The notes under the pieces are model-generated. The model was not told the origin of the DNA. It did no database searches and was given only the letters and a program-made list of their open reading frames with translations. The translations under genes and the position numbers were made by a program. Below are positions 27,601-36,873 of a DNA stretch of 64,000 nucleotides, one piece after another. The stretch is from Phoronis australis. Lineage: Eukaryota > Animalia > Phoronida. Positions within the stretch are counted from its first letter, which is position 1. Each line of letters starts with the position of its first letter. Where the stretch lies: contig NMRA01000412.1 of the NCBI GenBank assembly GCA_002633005.1, positions 76,614 through 140,613 of the forward strand. Reading direction: 5' to 3'.

Positions 27601-30600
27601 ATCTGTAGAAACTCGTGTATGCCCATTCAAGGGTCGCAAGTTAATATGTAATTTAGTTGAGACACGAATTTGTCAGAACTGCGATAAGCAAATTTAACGT
27701 CTCACCTCTCTTCGGATGTACTGTGTTCAGGCTTGTGGCAGTATTTTTGGCATGTTGAAGATTGTAACTTTAAGTTAATAAATTAGTCAAAACTTTCTGA
27801 TTTTGAGATTTACAAAGTACTTGACTTGTCTTGCTTTAAGTTTTCGTTTTGGTTGAACATCTTTCCACATCTGAGTTTCTACGAGATTTCTTTTCAAAGT
27901 TGGTTAGTGATTGCATAAATCTTCCTTTCAGCAGTGACCAGGCAACAGAAGGTGATGAGAAACTGAGTTTGTCTTCACCTCTCACTGATATCATCGAGGC
28001 TATGATTGACTCTAGGTAAGTCACAGAATGGCGTCTGGTGTGTGGATTTTTTTCAGCTCACAACAATTGATAATCACTGCAACTATGTTTAGGATACACT
28101 ATATGTGTCAGAAACAATTATATTCACTTAAATTTATTTTACAATTTGTTTGTAGCAATATGTCTGCTGTCGGAGGATCATATGAATGCTTTACAACTTT
28201 CCAGTTTTGTACTGTTTCCGCCATCTTGTTAAATTTTGAAATATGTAGATTGCATGCACAATGCCTTGAAAAATTACCAGGGCCTATTTTGCCAATACCT
28301 GATTTTTGAAATTATCTTTTAGTTGATTTTGCTATAAGCAAAATATGCCTGAGGCTCCAATTGTTAATTTTATTATGTGAACTACTCTTACGAATTTGTA
28401 GATTCTAACACAATATTTCGAGTTGTCATTAGCAACTCATTATTTATGCACTTCCAGTGAAGGCCTTGACTTCTTGCCCACTGGTACCGACCTGGGCTTC
28501 CCCCAGTATTCCTTCGTCAGTGCTGAGGCTGCAGAATGGTCTGTCAAGAATGTTGAGGGTGTCACTGACACGTCAATAGCTGTTCAACTTTTACAGGTGA
28601 AGTCTTACCTTTTTACAATCTCACTAATAGACGTTTTTGAGAAGTAGAAAACGAAATCGGCTGCAATTAAGTCTTGAAACATATGCTCCATTATTTTGTT
28701 TGACAGAGTGCAGTTTATGTCAAGAGTAGTGGGACAAAATATTTGTTTCCCGTTGTTGTAGCTAATTGCGCCCTAAATAAAATATTTGCGAATTCCTCAA
28801 AATTCTGGCAACGGTCTAATTATTGAATATCAATTCCATACCTTACTTCCCAGTAAGCTCCCTGTTATTTTTGATGATGATGAACCTCTACTATCAAAAG
28901 TCACAGAATAAATGTTGTGCTCTGCGGTCATGTTGGATAATTTCAGATCATTTTTCTTTCTGTTACGTATTTTTGACTCGTGTTGTTGATTAATAAATAA
29001 ATTAAAAGGTAATAGATAGGTTATACAGCTCAAAATTTTTAATTTTTTTTCAAATTATTTGATAACATCATTATAATTAAACTTATATAACACTTGGTGG
29101 CTCCGCAACATGAGAGCTATCTGTCGTAAAATCTCTCCCGAGGTCATGTTTCTTGGAAATGATTGCTTTTTAAAGTATTCCACAGGGATAGGCGGCAAGA
29201 TTTGGTGGCCTGCTATTACAATTGAGATATTTCTAATTATAGAAACTACTGGACTGTCACCATATATGTCACGTGTCTGGAAAGGTTCATACCAAGTTCC
29301 TTTATGGATTCTATGTCTACATCATAAGAGGTGTTAGCAGAGATCGAGGTTAGTTGGACATTTTAAAGGTGTGGGTTGGGACTTTTCAGAGCTTCATAAC
29401 TGTATATTTTATTAAGTTCATGCGACTCGTAATGGGATCACCTCACCTATTACCCGCTTTTATCACCTCATTATGGTAGTATTGGACAAGTTGATGACTT
29501 CAGACACAGACTAAAGGCAATCCCGGACAAGAGTCGTTTTGATGAGTTTGTGCCACTCCTTGGCTTGCACAGGTAATATATAACTCAAAAAGGAAAATAA
29601 CCTGATCTTAACAACTGTTGCTGCAGCCACCATAGGCACACATCAATTGATGGAAGTTATTGTCTGTTCATGATGTCAGTTGGCACGATTCTACTAGGTT
29701 GCCTGAATGTGTTGCTGGTGAACTGGCACGTTGGTCTGTGGAGGCCCGTCTATCATGTGTGACTTCTCAAGTCATATTTTAAGGACATTTAACCTTGGGT
29801 CTATCCCTTCAAGTGTCCTTTAATGCACTCCTATTCCGAGGCTCCCATACCAAGTTGATTAATGTAACGGAATAGATTGTACACCAGAAACGTGAAGAGT
29901 TAAAACAGTACTGCTTCACATAGAATTTGTTGCAGAATACAAATGATGCCATTGTTTTGTGTTTCAGCGGAGTCAGGCCCTCAGAGTTTCACATCCAATC
30001 CCAATCCCTTCGTTCCCATGGAGATTGTGGAAATTGAGGTTCATGAAGACCCGCCATCCTCCAAGGAACATGACATTCCAGAATTCCTGAGGCCCCGCCT
30101 CCTGTCACAGGAACGTCATGGCTCTACGCCCGAAGATCCACACATGATTCACGATCATATCTTATCCAATAGAGTCACGGACTTTAATTGTAAGGATGAA
30201 TCATCAGTTAGTAATTTTGCTGAAAACATCATGTGGAATATAATTAAGATTCGTTCCATGAAATCTTGAAGGACAATTTATGGACCTTGCTTTTTAAATG
30301 CATATTTGCCACTGGAGACAGCTTTAGGTGAAAATACAGTCATGGGAGAAAGTGACATGCATTTTCTTTCTAATTTACACTGTAACTGATAAAATGATTG
30401 TGCTGTGTGCATGCCCAAATTGTCACAACTTTGAAGTTGCTACCTTGTTTAACTGGCCACTAGCCTTATTTTGAGTAGTTGCATCGGACACACGTTTCAT
30501 GTCTATTGTTCAGTATGTCTGGCATCATGTAAATTATGTTTTGAAATTATTTAGTATTTCTTTGCTGCTATCAGCAGGCTTGGATAAACAATGTCAACCA

Positions 30601-33507
30601 GGAAGGGGTCTGACAATGAATAAAAATGGGATGCACTTGGCATTCCCCGGTAACAGCATGAATGTAAAAGCAGGGAATTTTGAATCCCTATCTGTACACT
30701 GGACCCTGGATCCACTCCTGGTAAGGCATGACAAATAAACGTATTAACTGAACAATGCAACACATACAATGATTTCATTTTTGTATTCAATCTGTTCGTT
30801 TCTGCGCAGTGTCCAAGTCGTCCAAGCTGGTCAACGTGGACGTCGACCCGAGTGGTAAGAGTGACCGTCCTGAGTGGGCTACTGCCCAGTATCATAGTAA
30901 CTACAACCCCTCGTGTGCTTTTCAACTGGAGGTGCAGTGGATTGTGGCTACTGGCAGTATATTAGGAGAACTGGTACAATGTTATTTTGGGACTAGCTAG
31001 TATCTTGAATTCTTCGATTAAGTTTTTTAATTAATTTTATATTCGTCACATAGTCTCATGACAAATAATTTCATAAAATGATCTGGCTTTGTCAGAGGGG
31101 CAGAAAACTTGACATTTTGTCATTTTTGACAAGAGGAGATTGCATCAACTGTCTTTTAAATCTGCAGTAATAATTGTGTTCCACTTTAATTTCTTGTGAA
31201 GTCAAGGTCATTCCCAATCTTGGTGAACATCTCCTCTGACAATGAATTCTGCTTGTACTCAGCTCTCATGGTGGGGGAATTCTGGGTCATTTTGTTGAAT
31301 ATTTATGGCATGTACTGTAATCGTTTTGTTCCAGATGCACAGTTGGACCTGTACTGTAATCGTATTGTTTCAGGTGTACAGTTGGACCCGTCGTGCAAGT
31401 TCTTGTGGGCTCCACATGCTACCCGTCCCCGTTGACCCGTTTGCATTACCCTTCAACAACGACGCTGACCCACTCAGGGGACCCATATTTGTGCCCCTCA
31501 ATATAGGCTGTCTGACGGCCAGCAACAGAGAGATATTTCAAGGTTCGTATTCTCATTTTTAGAATGACCTGGGTCACAAAGTCTGTACTCAAAACTCGTC
31601 TCGCGAATTCACCAGTCATGTGGTGTGCTTTGAGTCGACTTTGGCTACTGTCTCGCTTATGTGATTAGTCATTTTTCAATTAAAGTTCTCTAAGTTTGGT
31701 AGTCTCAGCCCCTGATGTATTCGTCTGGAACATTATGCTTCATTTGCTGTGCGTAAACTTCAAGGCACATAGCATGTCTGCCGTTATTATGTAAATCACA
31801 CAAAAAATGACATGAAACCCTATAAAATATACAGCATACGTTTAGTCAATGAGTGGAATGCCGAGTCTAGGCTAGTTTTCTTCAGTGGTAGTGGTTTTTA
31901 GCATGAATTATAATTTTTCCCATAAAATCACCCTCCTAGTTGTACCAAAAATGTAGTAAAAATCTAGCAAATAATTGGTTTACTTCACATATATCTTCTG
32001 AGTCACTCTGTCAATGTTGCTTGTACTTATTACAACCAGTAGGACGGTTTTATTATTTTTAATGCCACTAGGGTAACTGGTTACTTAGAATATAGGTTGT
32101 TTCAAACATGTACTCGCATTTCAAGGGGCAGTAAGTGCATTGTTTATTGGATTAAGACCAAGATTACTGACTGGTTTATATTGATTTCATAAGGAGATGA
32201 CCAAAGGACTCCGACACCAAAATATGGGAGTTTAAACCCAGTCCAGTAAATCTTGTTCCTCAGTGAATAAACAGCACAATCGTTGACGTTTGAAGTGAGA
32301 CTTCATTTTTGGAACCCCCGCTATTTGGTTAAATGACAACAAAAACTTGTCTTTCCCCATTAGACTCGGCAGCATGTGAATTACATGAACATAGTAATTG
32401 TTTATTCACTTGTAAGGCAGTGAACAGATTTGCATGTTTGTTATACTGGAGTTTTCAAAAAAGTTATTACATGTGTTTTGTCTAATTCGTTGAAGCCAGA
32501 TAAATTTGACGAAATTTGTCAACTGTTTGCAAATACTTCTGATTGTACAATCAATATGTTGTATATTCTTTGTAATATCTGTTTTTTTAATTCCAGAATT
32601 TCCATATGAAATGCAAAAAAATCTGCATTGCTATAGATGTTATACATTCTAGGTAATACTGTATTTATTGCAGAATTTCCGGAGGAAACGAGAGAAGAGA
32701 GGATTCAGTTGTTCCAAGAATATATCCTGAAGAGGTACTGGTCAGTTCTTTTTAGAGGAATTTCTATCTCTGAATTTTGGTTGGTATAAGGAAAATACAT
32801 ACACTTAGAAGAGTATTTGTCACCTCTTAGCACCGATTGAGACCTAGTTAACACCATGACTGCAGCAGCTGCATCACTCAGTGACGAGTGGGAGGGCTCT
32901 CAACTGCAAGGTCATGGCTTCAATTCCTAGCTTTTGCAGTCAAAAAGTTATGTCATTGACCTGCATTTTTCCAGTCAACTCTCCTAGATAAATAAGTATC
33001 AGCCATAGTTTTCTTTTCTAGGGACTCACGCTACAAAAACTTGAAATAGTATAATGTTGTCTTATTTCCCAATTAAAAGCGTATATTACTCATTTTTATT
33101 TCAGATTTGGTTTCATGTATAACAGTTACTCTCTGTCACGTCACAAACCGTCATTTAGTGGTGATGACATTCACAGCCAGTATGTTCACTGCACGGGAGG
33201 CATGTTTGTCATGATCCTCGACACAGAGACGGCCAGTCAGTCAAAGCTAGTCGCGTCACGTAAGGACTACATCACGCGCCAGTTCAGCCAGTTTGAACAG
33301 AACACAGCACAGGATAATCCCGTGGGCTTCCTATGGTGCTGGAACTGGATGCTGGCCCGTAGGTGGCGCTCTGCAAACACCGGCGACGAACACTTCCAGG
33401 ATAAGGTGCTAGCAGATTTCAGGGCATTTTGTTCAAACACAGATGGACGTCTGCAAGAGTTCTGGGGTACATGCTTGCAGATGTTGGACCGCGCGATTGA
33501 TCAGTAG
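521..33507 (+). CDS. DEPDC5: GATOR1 complex protein DEPDC5 (IML1 ortholog), spliced, 5'-truncated by window edge; 33 coding exons
   Basis: Spliced translation matches recalled metazoan DEPDC5 motifs in order: [109 protein letters not shown], a DEP-domain region, and [25 protein letters not shown]. All introns are GT-AG and phases are consistent over all 33 exons. Stop TAG at 33505-33507. Confidence 0.97.
1959..2092 (+). CDS. DEPDC5: DEPDC5 exon
   Basis: tttcag|...|gtgtgt; [45 protein letters not shown]. Confidence 0.95.
3177..3246 (+). CDS. DEPDC5: DEPDC5 exon
   Basis: tttcag|...|gtgagt; [23 protein letters not shown]. Confidence 0.93.
3683..3823 (+). CDS. DEPDC5: DEPDC5 exon
   Basis: cttcag|...|gtgaga; [47 protein letters not shown]. 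Confidence 0.95.
5090..5159 (+). CDS. DEPDC5: DEPDC5 exon
   Basis: tcacag|...|gtaggt; [23 protein letters not shown]. Confidence 0.93.
6028..6100 (+). CDS. DEPDC5: DEPDC5 exon
   Basis: tcacag|...|gtttgt; [24 protein letters not shown]. Confidence 0.93.
6155..6232. mobile_element. ~80-bp fold-back MITE-like repeat, copy 1
   Basis: Arms GGTCTCACAGTTTGAGATCCAGTT and AACTGGTTCTCAAAATATGAGATCC around spacer GATGCCTGTTATTCAG; related copies at ~9690 and ~47307. Confidence 0.55.
6390..6695. repeat. Unclassified interspersed repeat: short tandem array AAAATCAA(A/T)C(C)TGTTTGG plus a terminal block shared with 36530-36605
   Basis: Degenerate 17-19-bp units at 6390-6530. Block CGGCCC(C)ATACT...TATTCAGG...TAAAAAG...TTCATTAGCGCCACCT(A/G)GTGAATA recurs at 36530-36605. 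Confidence 0.55.
9690..9768. mobile_element. ~80-bp fold-back MITE-like repeat, copy 2
   Basis: AGAACCAGTTT...GATGCCCCTTATTCAG...AAACTGGTTCT; same spacer and arms as the 6155 copy. Confidence 0.55.
9830..10023 (+). CDS. DEPDC5: DEPDC5 exon
   Basis: tgccag|...|gtaaat; [13 protein letters not shown]...[12 protein letters not shown]. Confidence 0.95.
10527..10661 (+). CDS. DEPDC5: DEPDC5 exon
   Basis: ttttag|...|gtaagg; [44 protein letters not shown]. Confidence 0.95.
11182..11243 (+). CDS. DEPDC5: DEPDC5 exon
   Basis: tgctag|...|gtacgt; [20 protein letters not shown]. Confidence 0.95.
11944..12020 (+). CDS. DEPDC5: DEPDC5 exon
   Basis: ttgtag|...|gtgaga; [25 protein letters not shown]. Confidence 0.92.
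12987..13062 (+). CDS. DEPDC5: DEPDC5 exon
   Basis: ttctag|...|gtaagt; [25 protein letters not shown]. Confidence 0.92.
13770..14626 (+). mobile_element. 5'-truncated, diverged copy of the Helentron/HINE-like element, in a DEPDC5 intron
   Basis: Ends in GTGGGTGCATTTCAATGCTCCGCCTTGCTCTTGTT, nearly the same as the 36203-36237 terminus. About 145-bp monomers with GCCCC(C)T(A/G)GTGG at 13837, 13981 and 14423. The 5' boundary is approximate. Confidence 0.75.
14777..14898 (+). CDS. DEPDC5: DEPDC5 exon
   Basis: ctgtag|...|gtaagt; ...[25 protein letters not shown]. Confidence 0.9.
15239..15459 (+). CDS. DEPDC5: DEPDC5 exon (poorly conserved linker)
   Basis: tttcag|...|gtgagc; open and phase-compatible (2 to 1): [25 protein letters not shown]... 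Confidence 0.8.
16233..16448 (+). CDS. DEPDC5: DEPDC5 exon
   Basis: ctttag|...|gtaatt; HVVGSAG...[30 protein letters not shown]. Confidence 0.95.
17780..17892 (+). CDS. DEPDC5: DEPDC5 exon
   Basis: ttacag|...|gtgagt; [37 protein letters not shown]. Confidence 0.88.
18456..18684 (+). CDS. DEPDC5: DEPDC5 exon (Ser-rich linker)
   Basis: ttgcag|...|gtaact; [14 protein letters not shown]...VVNFELGQ, phase-compatible. Confidence 0.82.
18987..19121 (+). CDS. DEPDC5: DEPDC5 exon
   Basis: cttcag|...|gtcagt; ...[17 protein letters not shown]. Confidence 0.9.
21293..21422 (+). CDS. DEPDC5: DEPDC5 exon (start of SHEN region)
   Basis: gcgtag|...|gtgagt; [43 protein letters not shown]. Confidence 0.95.
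22850..22928 (+). CDS. DEPDC5: DEPDC5 exon
   Basis: ttccag|...|gtaagt; [26 protein letters not shown]. Confidence 0.9.
24081..24203 (+). CDS. DEPDC5: DEPDC5 exon
   Basis: tttcag|...|gtaggt; [13 protein letters not shown]...[12 protein letters not shown]. Confidence 0.9.
24747..24832 (+). CDS. DEPDC5: DEPDC5 exon
   Basis: ctccag|...|gtgagt; [28 protein letters not shown]. Confidence 0.92.
25225..25482 (+). CDS. DEPDC5: DEPDC5 exon
   Basis: cctcag|...|gtagaa; ...[14 protein letters not shown]...[13 protein letters not shown]...TKKITDGSP. Confidence 0.95.
26059..26176 (+). CDS. DEPDC5: DEPDC5 exon
   Basis: atgtag|...|gtgagt; [39 protein letters not shown]. Confidence 0.93.
26498..26590 (+). 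CDS. DEPDC5: DEPDC5 exon (linker; NAGNAG acceptor)
   Basis: tcacag|cag...|gtaaac; [31 protein letters not shown], 93 nt, phase 0-0. Confidence 0.75.
27024..27124 (+). CDS. DEPDC5: DEPDC5 exon
   Basis: atccag|...|gtttgt; [33 protein letters not shown]. Confidence 0.8.
27932..28015 (+). CDS. DEPDC5: DEPDC5 exon (start of DEP domain)
   Basis: tttcag|...|gtaagt; ...[18 protein letters not shown]. Confidence 0.9.
28458..28596 (+). CDS. DEPDC5: DEPDC5 exon (DEP domain)
   Basis: ttccag|...|gtgaag; [46 protein letters not shown]. Confidence 0.93.
29243..29348 (+). CDS. DEPDC5: DEPDC5 exon (DEP domain end)
   Basis: ttatag|...|gttagt; [35 protein letters not shown]. Confidence 0.92.
29968..30189 (+). 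CDS. DEPDC5: DEPDC5 exon
   Basis: tttcag|...|gtaagg; ...[11 protein letters not shown]...[13 protein letters not shown]... Confidence 0.88.
30810..30973 (+). CDS. DEPDC5: DEPDC5 exon (C-terminal domain)
   Basis: gcgcag|...|gtacaa; [50 protein letters not shown]. Confidence 0.95.
31374..31542 (+). CDS. DEPDC5: DEPDC5 exon (alternative in-frame acceptor possible at 31335)
   Basis: tttcag|...|gttcgt; [47 protein letters not shown]. Confidence 0.93.
32674..32734 (+). CDS. DEPDC5: DEPDC5 exon
   Basis: ttgcag|...|gtactg; [20 protein letters not shown]. Confidence 0.92.
33105..33507 (+). CDS. DEPDC5: DEPDC5 last coding exon
   Basis: tttcag|; FGFMY...[11 protein letters not shown]...[51 protein letters not shown]...stop. 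Confidence 0.96.
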
Positions 33508-34497
33508 AGATTATTTTCAAAGAGAGCAGACAGTGTCAACACTAGTATTTATTCAGATGATATTAGTTTTCAAAGGAATGACAAAAGCATTTTGCCTAAT
33601 ACTGTATGCACCCCACATTTCATTGAGGTGGCCAGTAAAATTACTAGTAGTATTATATGAATGCAGATGCAATATTTGAAGTGGACCTATTATACAAATA
33701 CAGGCCGAATTGTTATACATGTACATTATACCTGAAACGACCCCTGCCACGTACTTATATCCACCTTTCAGTGTCACAAAGTTTCATTAGAAAAACATTT
33801 CAGGTCTTGAATTGCCTACTCATAGATTTTTTAACAGTTGTCCCATTGATGTGACAGGAATGGTCCTATATCTCCCCATATCAGGATGTGCTCGTGTTTG
33901 CATATTATTGACCAGTATCTATTTACAAAACGTGAAGAATGTTAACAGATCGCTTACAAGAGAGCATGCAAATTTAAGCTTGTTATGTCCTCATTATGTG
34001 AGCTTAAAACTAATGATAGTTCACTGTGGTATGACTTTGACATTGTAAGTAGTAACGAAAGCATTTTCGTAACAAACCCAAAATTGTCTTCAATAATATG
34101 CCAAGTAATATATTGTGTGAGGTGAAGCCACGATGAAGTAAGTGGATTGTTTTAAAATACTGTAAAACACATTCCTGTATGCAGGAAGTTTGAATGAAAA
34201 CGTTATTAGTCTGGAAAATCACTTGGTAACTCCAGAAACGTGTTGTGACCTGGTTCATCCCAGTGATCACAACACACTGTCTGATGCAGTATTTCATTGA
34301 ACACAGTGCTTTTCTTGGACATTGAAATGCATTTCCATGGTCCACAGTATAGTTTCACTTATAAAAGGATGATGTATGGTTTGTAATTCTGGAGTTAAAT
34401 TTGCCTTTAGTCTAATTTGACTATTGAAAGGAATCCTTTCTGTTGATTGGTTAATCATCATGGTGCTAATGGTGTCTGCATTTAAATGCGAGGTGAA

Positions 34498-34503
34498 AAT
34501 AAA
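34498..34503 (+). terminator. Candidate polyadenylation signal of DEPDC5
   Basis: AATAAA about 990 nt after the stop codon, just upstream of the 34526 repeat; not verified by transcript data. Confidence 0.45.
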
Positions 34504-34525
34504 GTTATGTAAAATTCACATGAAG

Positions 34526-36237
34526 TTTTTATGCGTCCACAATATGTGGATGCATTATGTAGTCATCTCCGTCCGTCCGGGCAGCCTCCGGCATTCGCTA
34601 CTCTATCTCCAAAACCCTTTTGACATACGTTCATGAAATTTGGCACATGTGTTCCATTCATGAATGGGATGGCATGAGCGAACTTTCGGACGGATCCCAC
34701 TACCGGTGTGCCCCCTAGTGGCAATTTTAGTTTTTTACGCTTACCTTTGTATCTTGAAAAGTCCTGAACGGATTTTCATGAAATTTAGTATGTAGGCACC
34801 TATTAGTGAGATGACGCTATCCTTCCATTTTCGGATGGATTTGACGTAGTTTGCACCACCTAGTGGCCATTTTTACTGTTTTCGAGTCTATTTCTTTGCG
34901 TCCACCCCTCTATCAATCAAACCGCTCAAAGGATGATTGTGAAAATTGGCATGTATGTGCTTACTATGAAGAGGACGTTGATCATTTTCTGACGATTTCG
35001 ACTACTGTGGCGCCTCCTAGTGGCAGTTTTGTTTTTTTTGCGCCTATGGCTGTATCTCCTAAACCGTTCGCAGGATCTTTACAAAATTTAGTATATTTAT
35101 ATGATGTTAACAACAGACGACGACGACTTTTGGACAGATCCGACTACCAGTGTGCCCCTAGTGGCAATTTTATTTTTTTACGTTTACCTATGTATCTTTA
35201 AAAGTCCTTAACGGATTTTCATGAAATTTAATATGTAGGCACCTGTTAGTGAGGTGACACTATCCTCTCATTTTCGGATGGATTCGACTTAGTTTGCGCC
35301 ACCTAGTGGCCATTTTTATTGTTTTCGAGTCTGTTTTTTTTTGCCCTCTATTAACTAAACCGCTCAAAGGGTGATTGTGAAAATTGGCATGTATTACTAT
35401 AAAGAGGACGGTTGACGATGATTTTCCGATGGTTTCGACTACTGTGGCGCCTCCTAGTGGCAGTTTTGTTTTTGTTGCGCCTATGGCTGTATCTCCTAAC
35501 CATTCGCAGGATCTTTACTTAATTTAGCAAGTGTATTTAATGTGATGTTGACTATGGATGAAGACGACTTTCAGACAGATCTGACTACTGCTGTGCCTCC
35601 TAGTGTCAATTTTAGTTTTTTCCGTTTAACTCAGTATCTTCAAAGGTCCTAAACAGATTTTCATGAAATTTTAAATGTAGGCATATACTGGTGTGATGAT
35701 GTTGTCTGCCTGTTTTTGGATGGAATCGAGGTATTTTGCACCACCTGGTGGTCATTTCTGCTGTTTTCAAATCTTATTTTTGGTGTCCATCCCTGTATCA
35801 ACCAAATCATTTGAAAATTGGCATATATGTTCTCAGTGTGAAGATGACCACTGATGATGGTGACTGATTACTGTGGCGCCTCCTAGTGGTAGTTTTGTTT
35901 TGCGCCCATTAGTCGTATCTATTAAACCCACAGCAGGATCTTTACTAAATTTAGTAAGTGTATTTATATGAAGATAACAACAGACGACGACCACTTTCAG
36001 GCTGATCCAACGGACACTGTGCCCACTAGTGGCAATTTCATTTTATTCTGTTTCCCTTTGTTTCTCTGAAGTTCCTTGACAGATTTTTATGAAATATGGC
36101 ATTTTCCTCTTTTTGGATGGATTGTATGTCTTTGCGGCACCTAGTTTCCATTTTTAGGATACAAATGAACAACCCTAAAAGCACACCATTTGCAATGCAT
36201 TCGTGGGCGCATTTCAATGCTCCGCGTTGCTCTTGTT
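34526..36237 (+). mobile_element. Non-autonomous Helentron/HINE (DINE-1-like) element with internal ~145-bp tandem array in a ~440-bp trimeric higher-order repeat
   Basis: T-run plus 5' hairpin ATGCGTCCAC-aatat-GTGGATGCAT (34531-34555), (TCCG)n microsatellite at 34568-34579, 11 related monomers, and 3' stem-loop GCATT-tc-AATGC followed by CTCTTGTT. No ORF. Family assignment is from architecture, not from a database search. Confidence 0.8.
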
Positions 36238-36801
36238 ATTGTTGAATTTCAGACACCGAATAATCACTTTTTTCTATTAAAGCTTTGCTCAATCATGTAA
36301 CCTTTTTGGAAGGATGTCAAAACTATCTTTTTAAAGAAAATATTAACCATTCTTAATGTTAATTTTTTGCCTTTTTGTGACAAGATTCAGTGTCTGGAAT
36401 TAAAGAGATAGTGACAGGCCACTTCAATGGGCGACTTTAAATTCACAAGGGGGCACTGATGTGACACCAATCCTGTCTGCAGAAATGCAAGCACCCACAA
36501 GGTAGTTGTGTGGAACTGTTAGCCCGCAAACGGCCCCATACTGCTCTCCATCTATTCAGGTTAAAAAGAGGAGCCTTATTATTCATTAGCGCCACCTGGT
36601 GAATAGATTTTCCCATTGATTTTTCACCACAAGACTAGGGGCCAGTGCATTCAAAATGAGACGGACTATACATCAACATAATATTTTTTATAAATAACAG
36701 ACAGCTTAATACATCAGTTACATAAACATGATCAATGACATCGATACTCTTCCAATGGTTCAACATAAAGTCTCAACAGTTCTGAAGTATGAGTATTTGG
36801 T

Positions 36802-36873
36802 TTATTTCCTTCCCTGCTTTTTCCTAAGGGACTGTCCTTGCCCCTTGAAAGCTTCAAACCCACTGGCATCGTC
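36802..36873 (-). CDS. UFD1: UFD1 last coding exon
   Basis: ttgcag|; [23 protein letters not shown], stop TAA at 36804-36802. Confidence 0.94.
   Translation of the reverse strand, partial: DDASGFEAFKGQGQSLRKKQGRK

Noticed and set aside
32870-32931. tRNA-like A/B-box sequence (CTCAGTGA...AAGGTCATGGCTTCAATTCC); also TAGCCAAGTGGTA at ~43046
   Set aside because: No cloverleaf can be built; at best decayed tRNA-derived SINE heads, too weak to annotate
34526-36237. Regularly spaced conserved motifs resembling a CRISPR array
   Set aside because: Eukaryotic locus, the ~130-bp intervening segments are homologous to each other rather than unique spacers, and no cas genes are present
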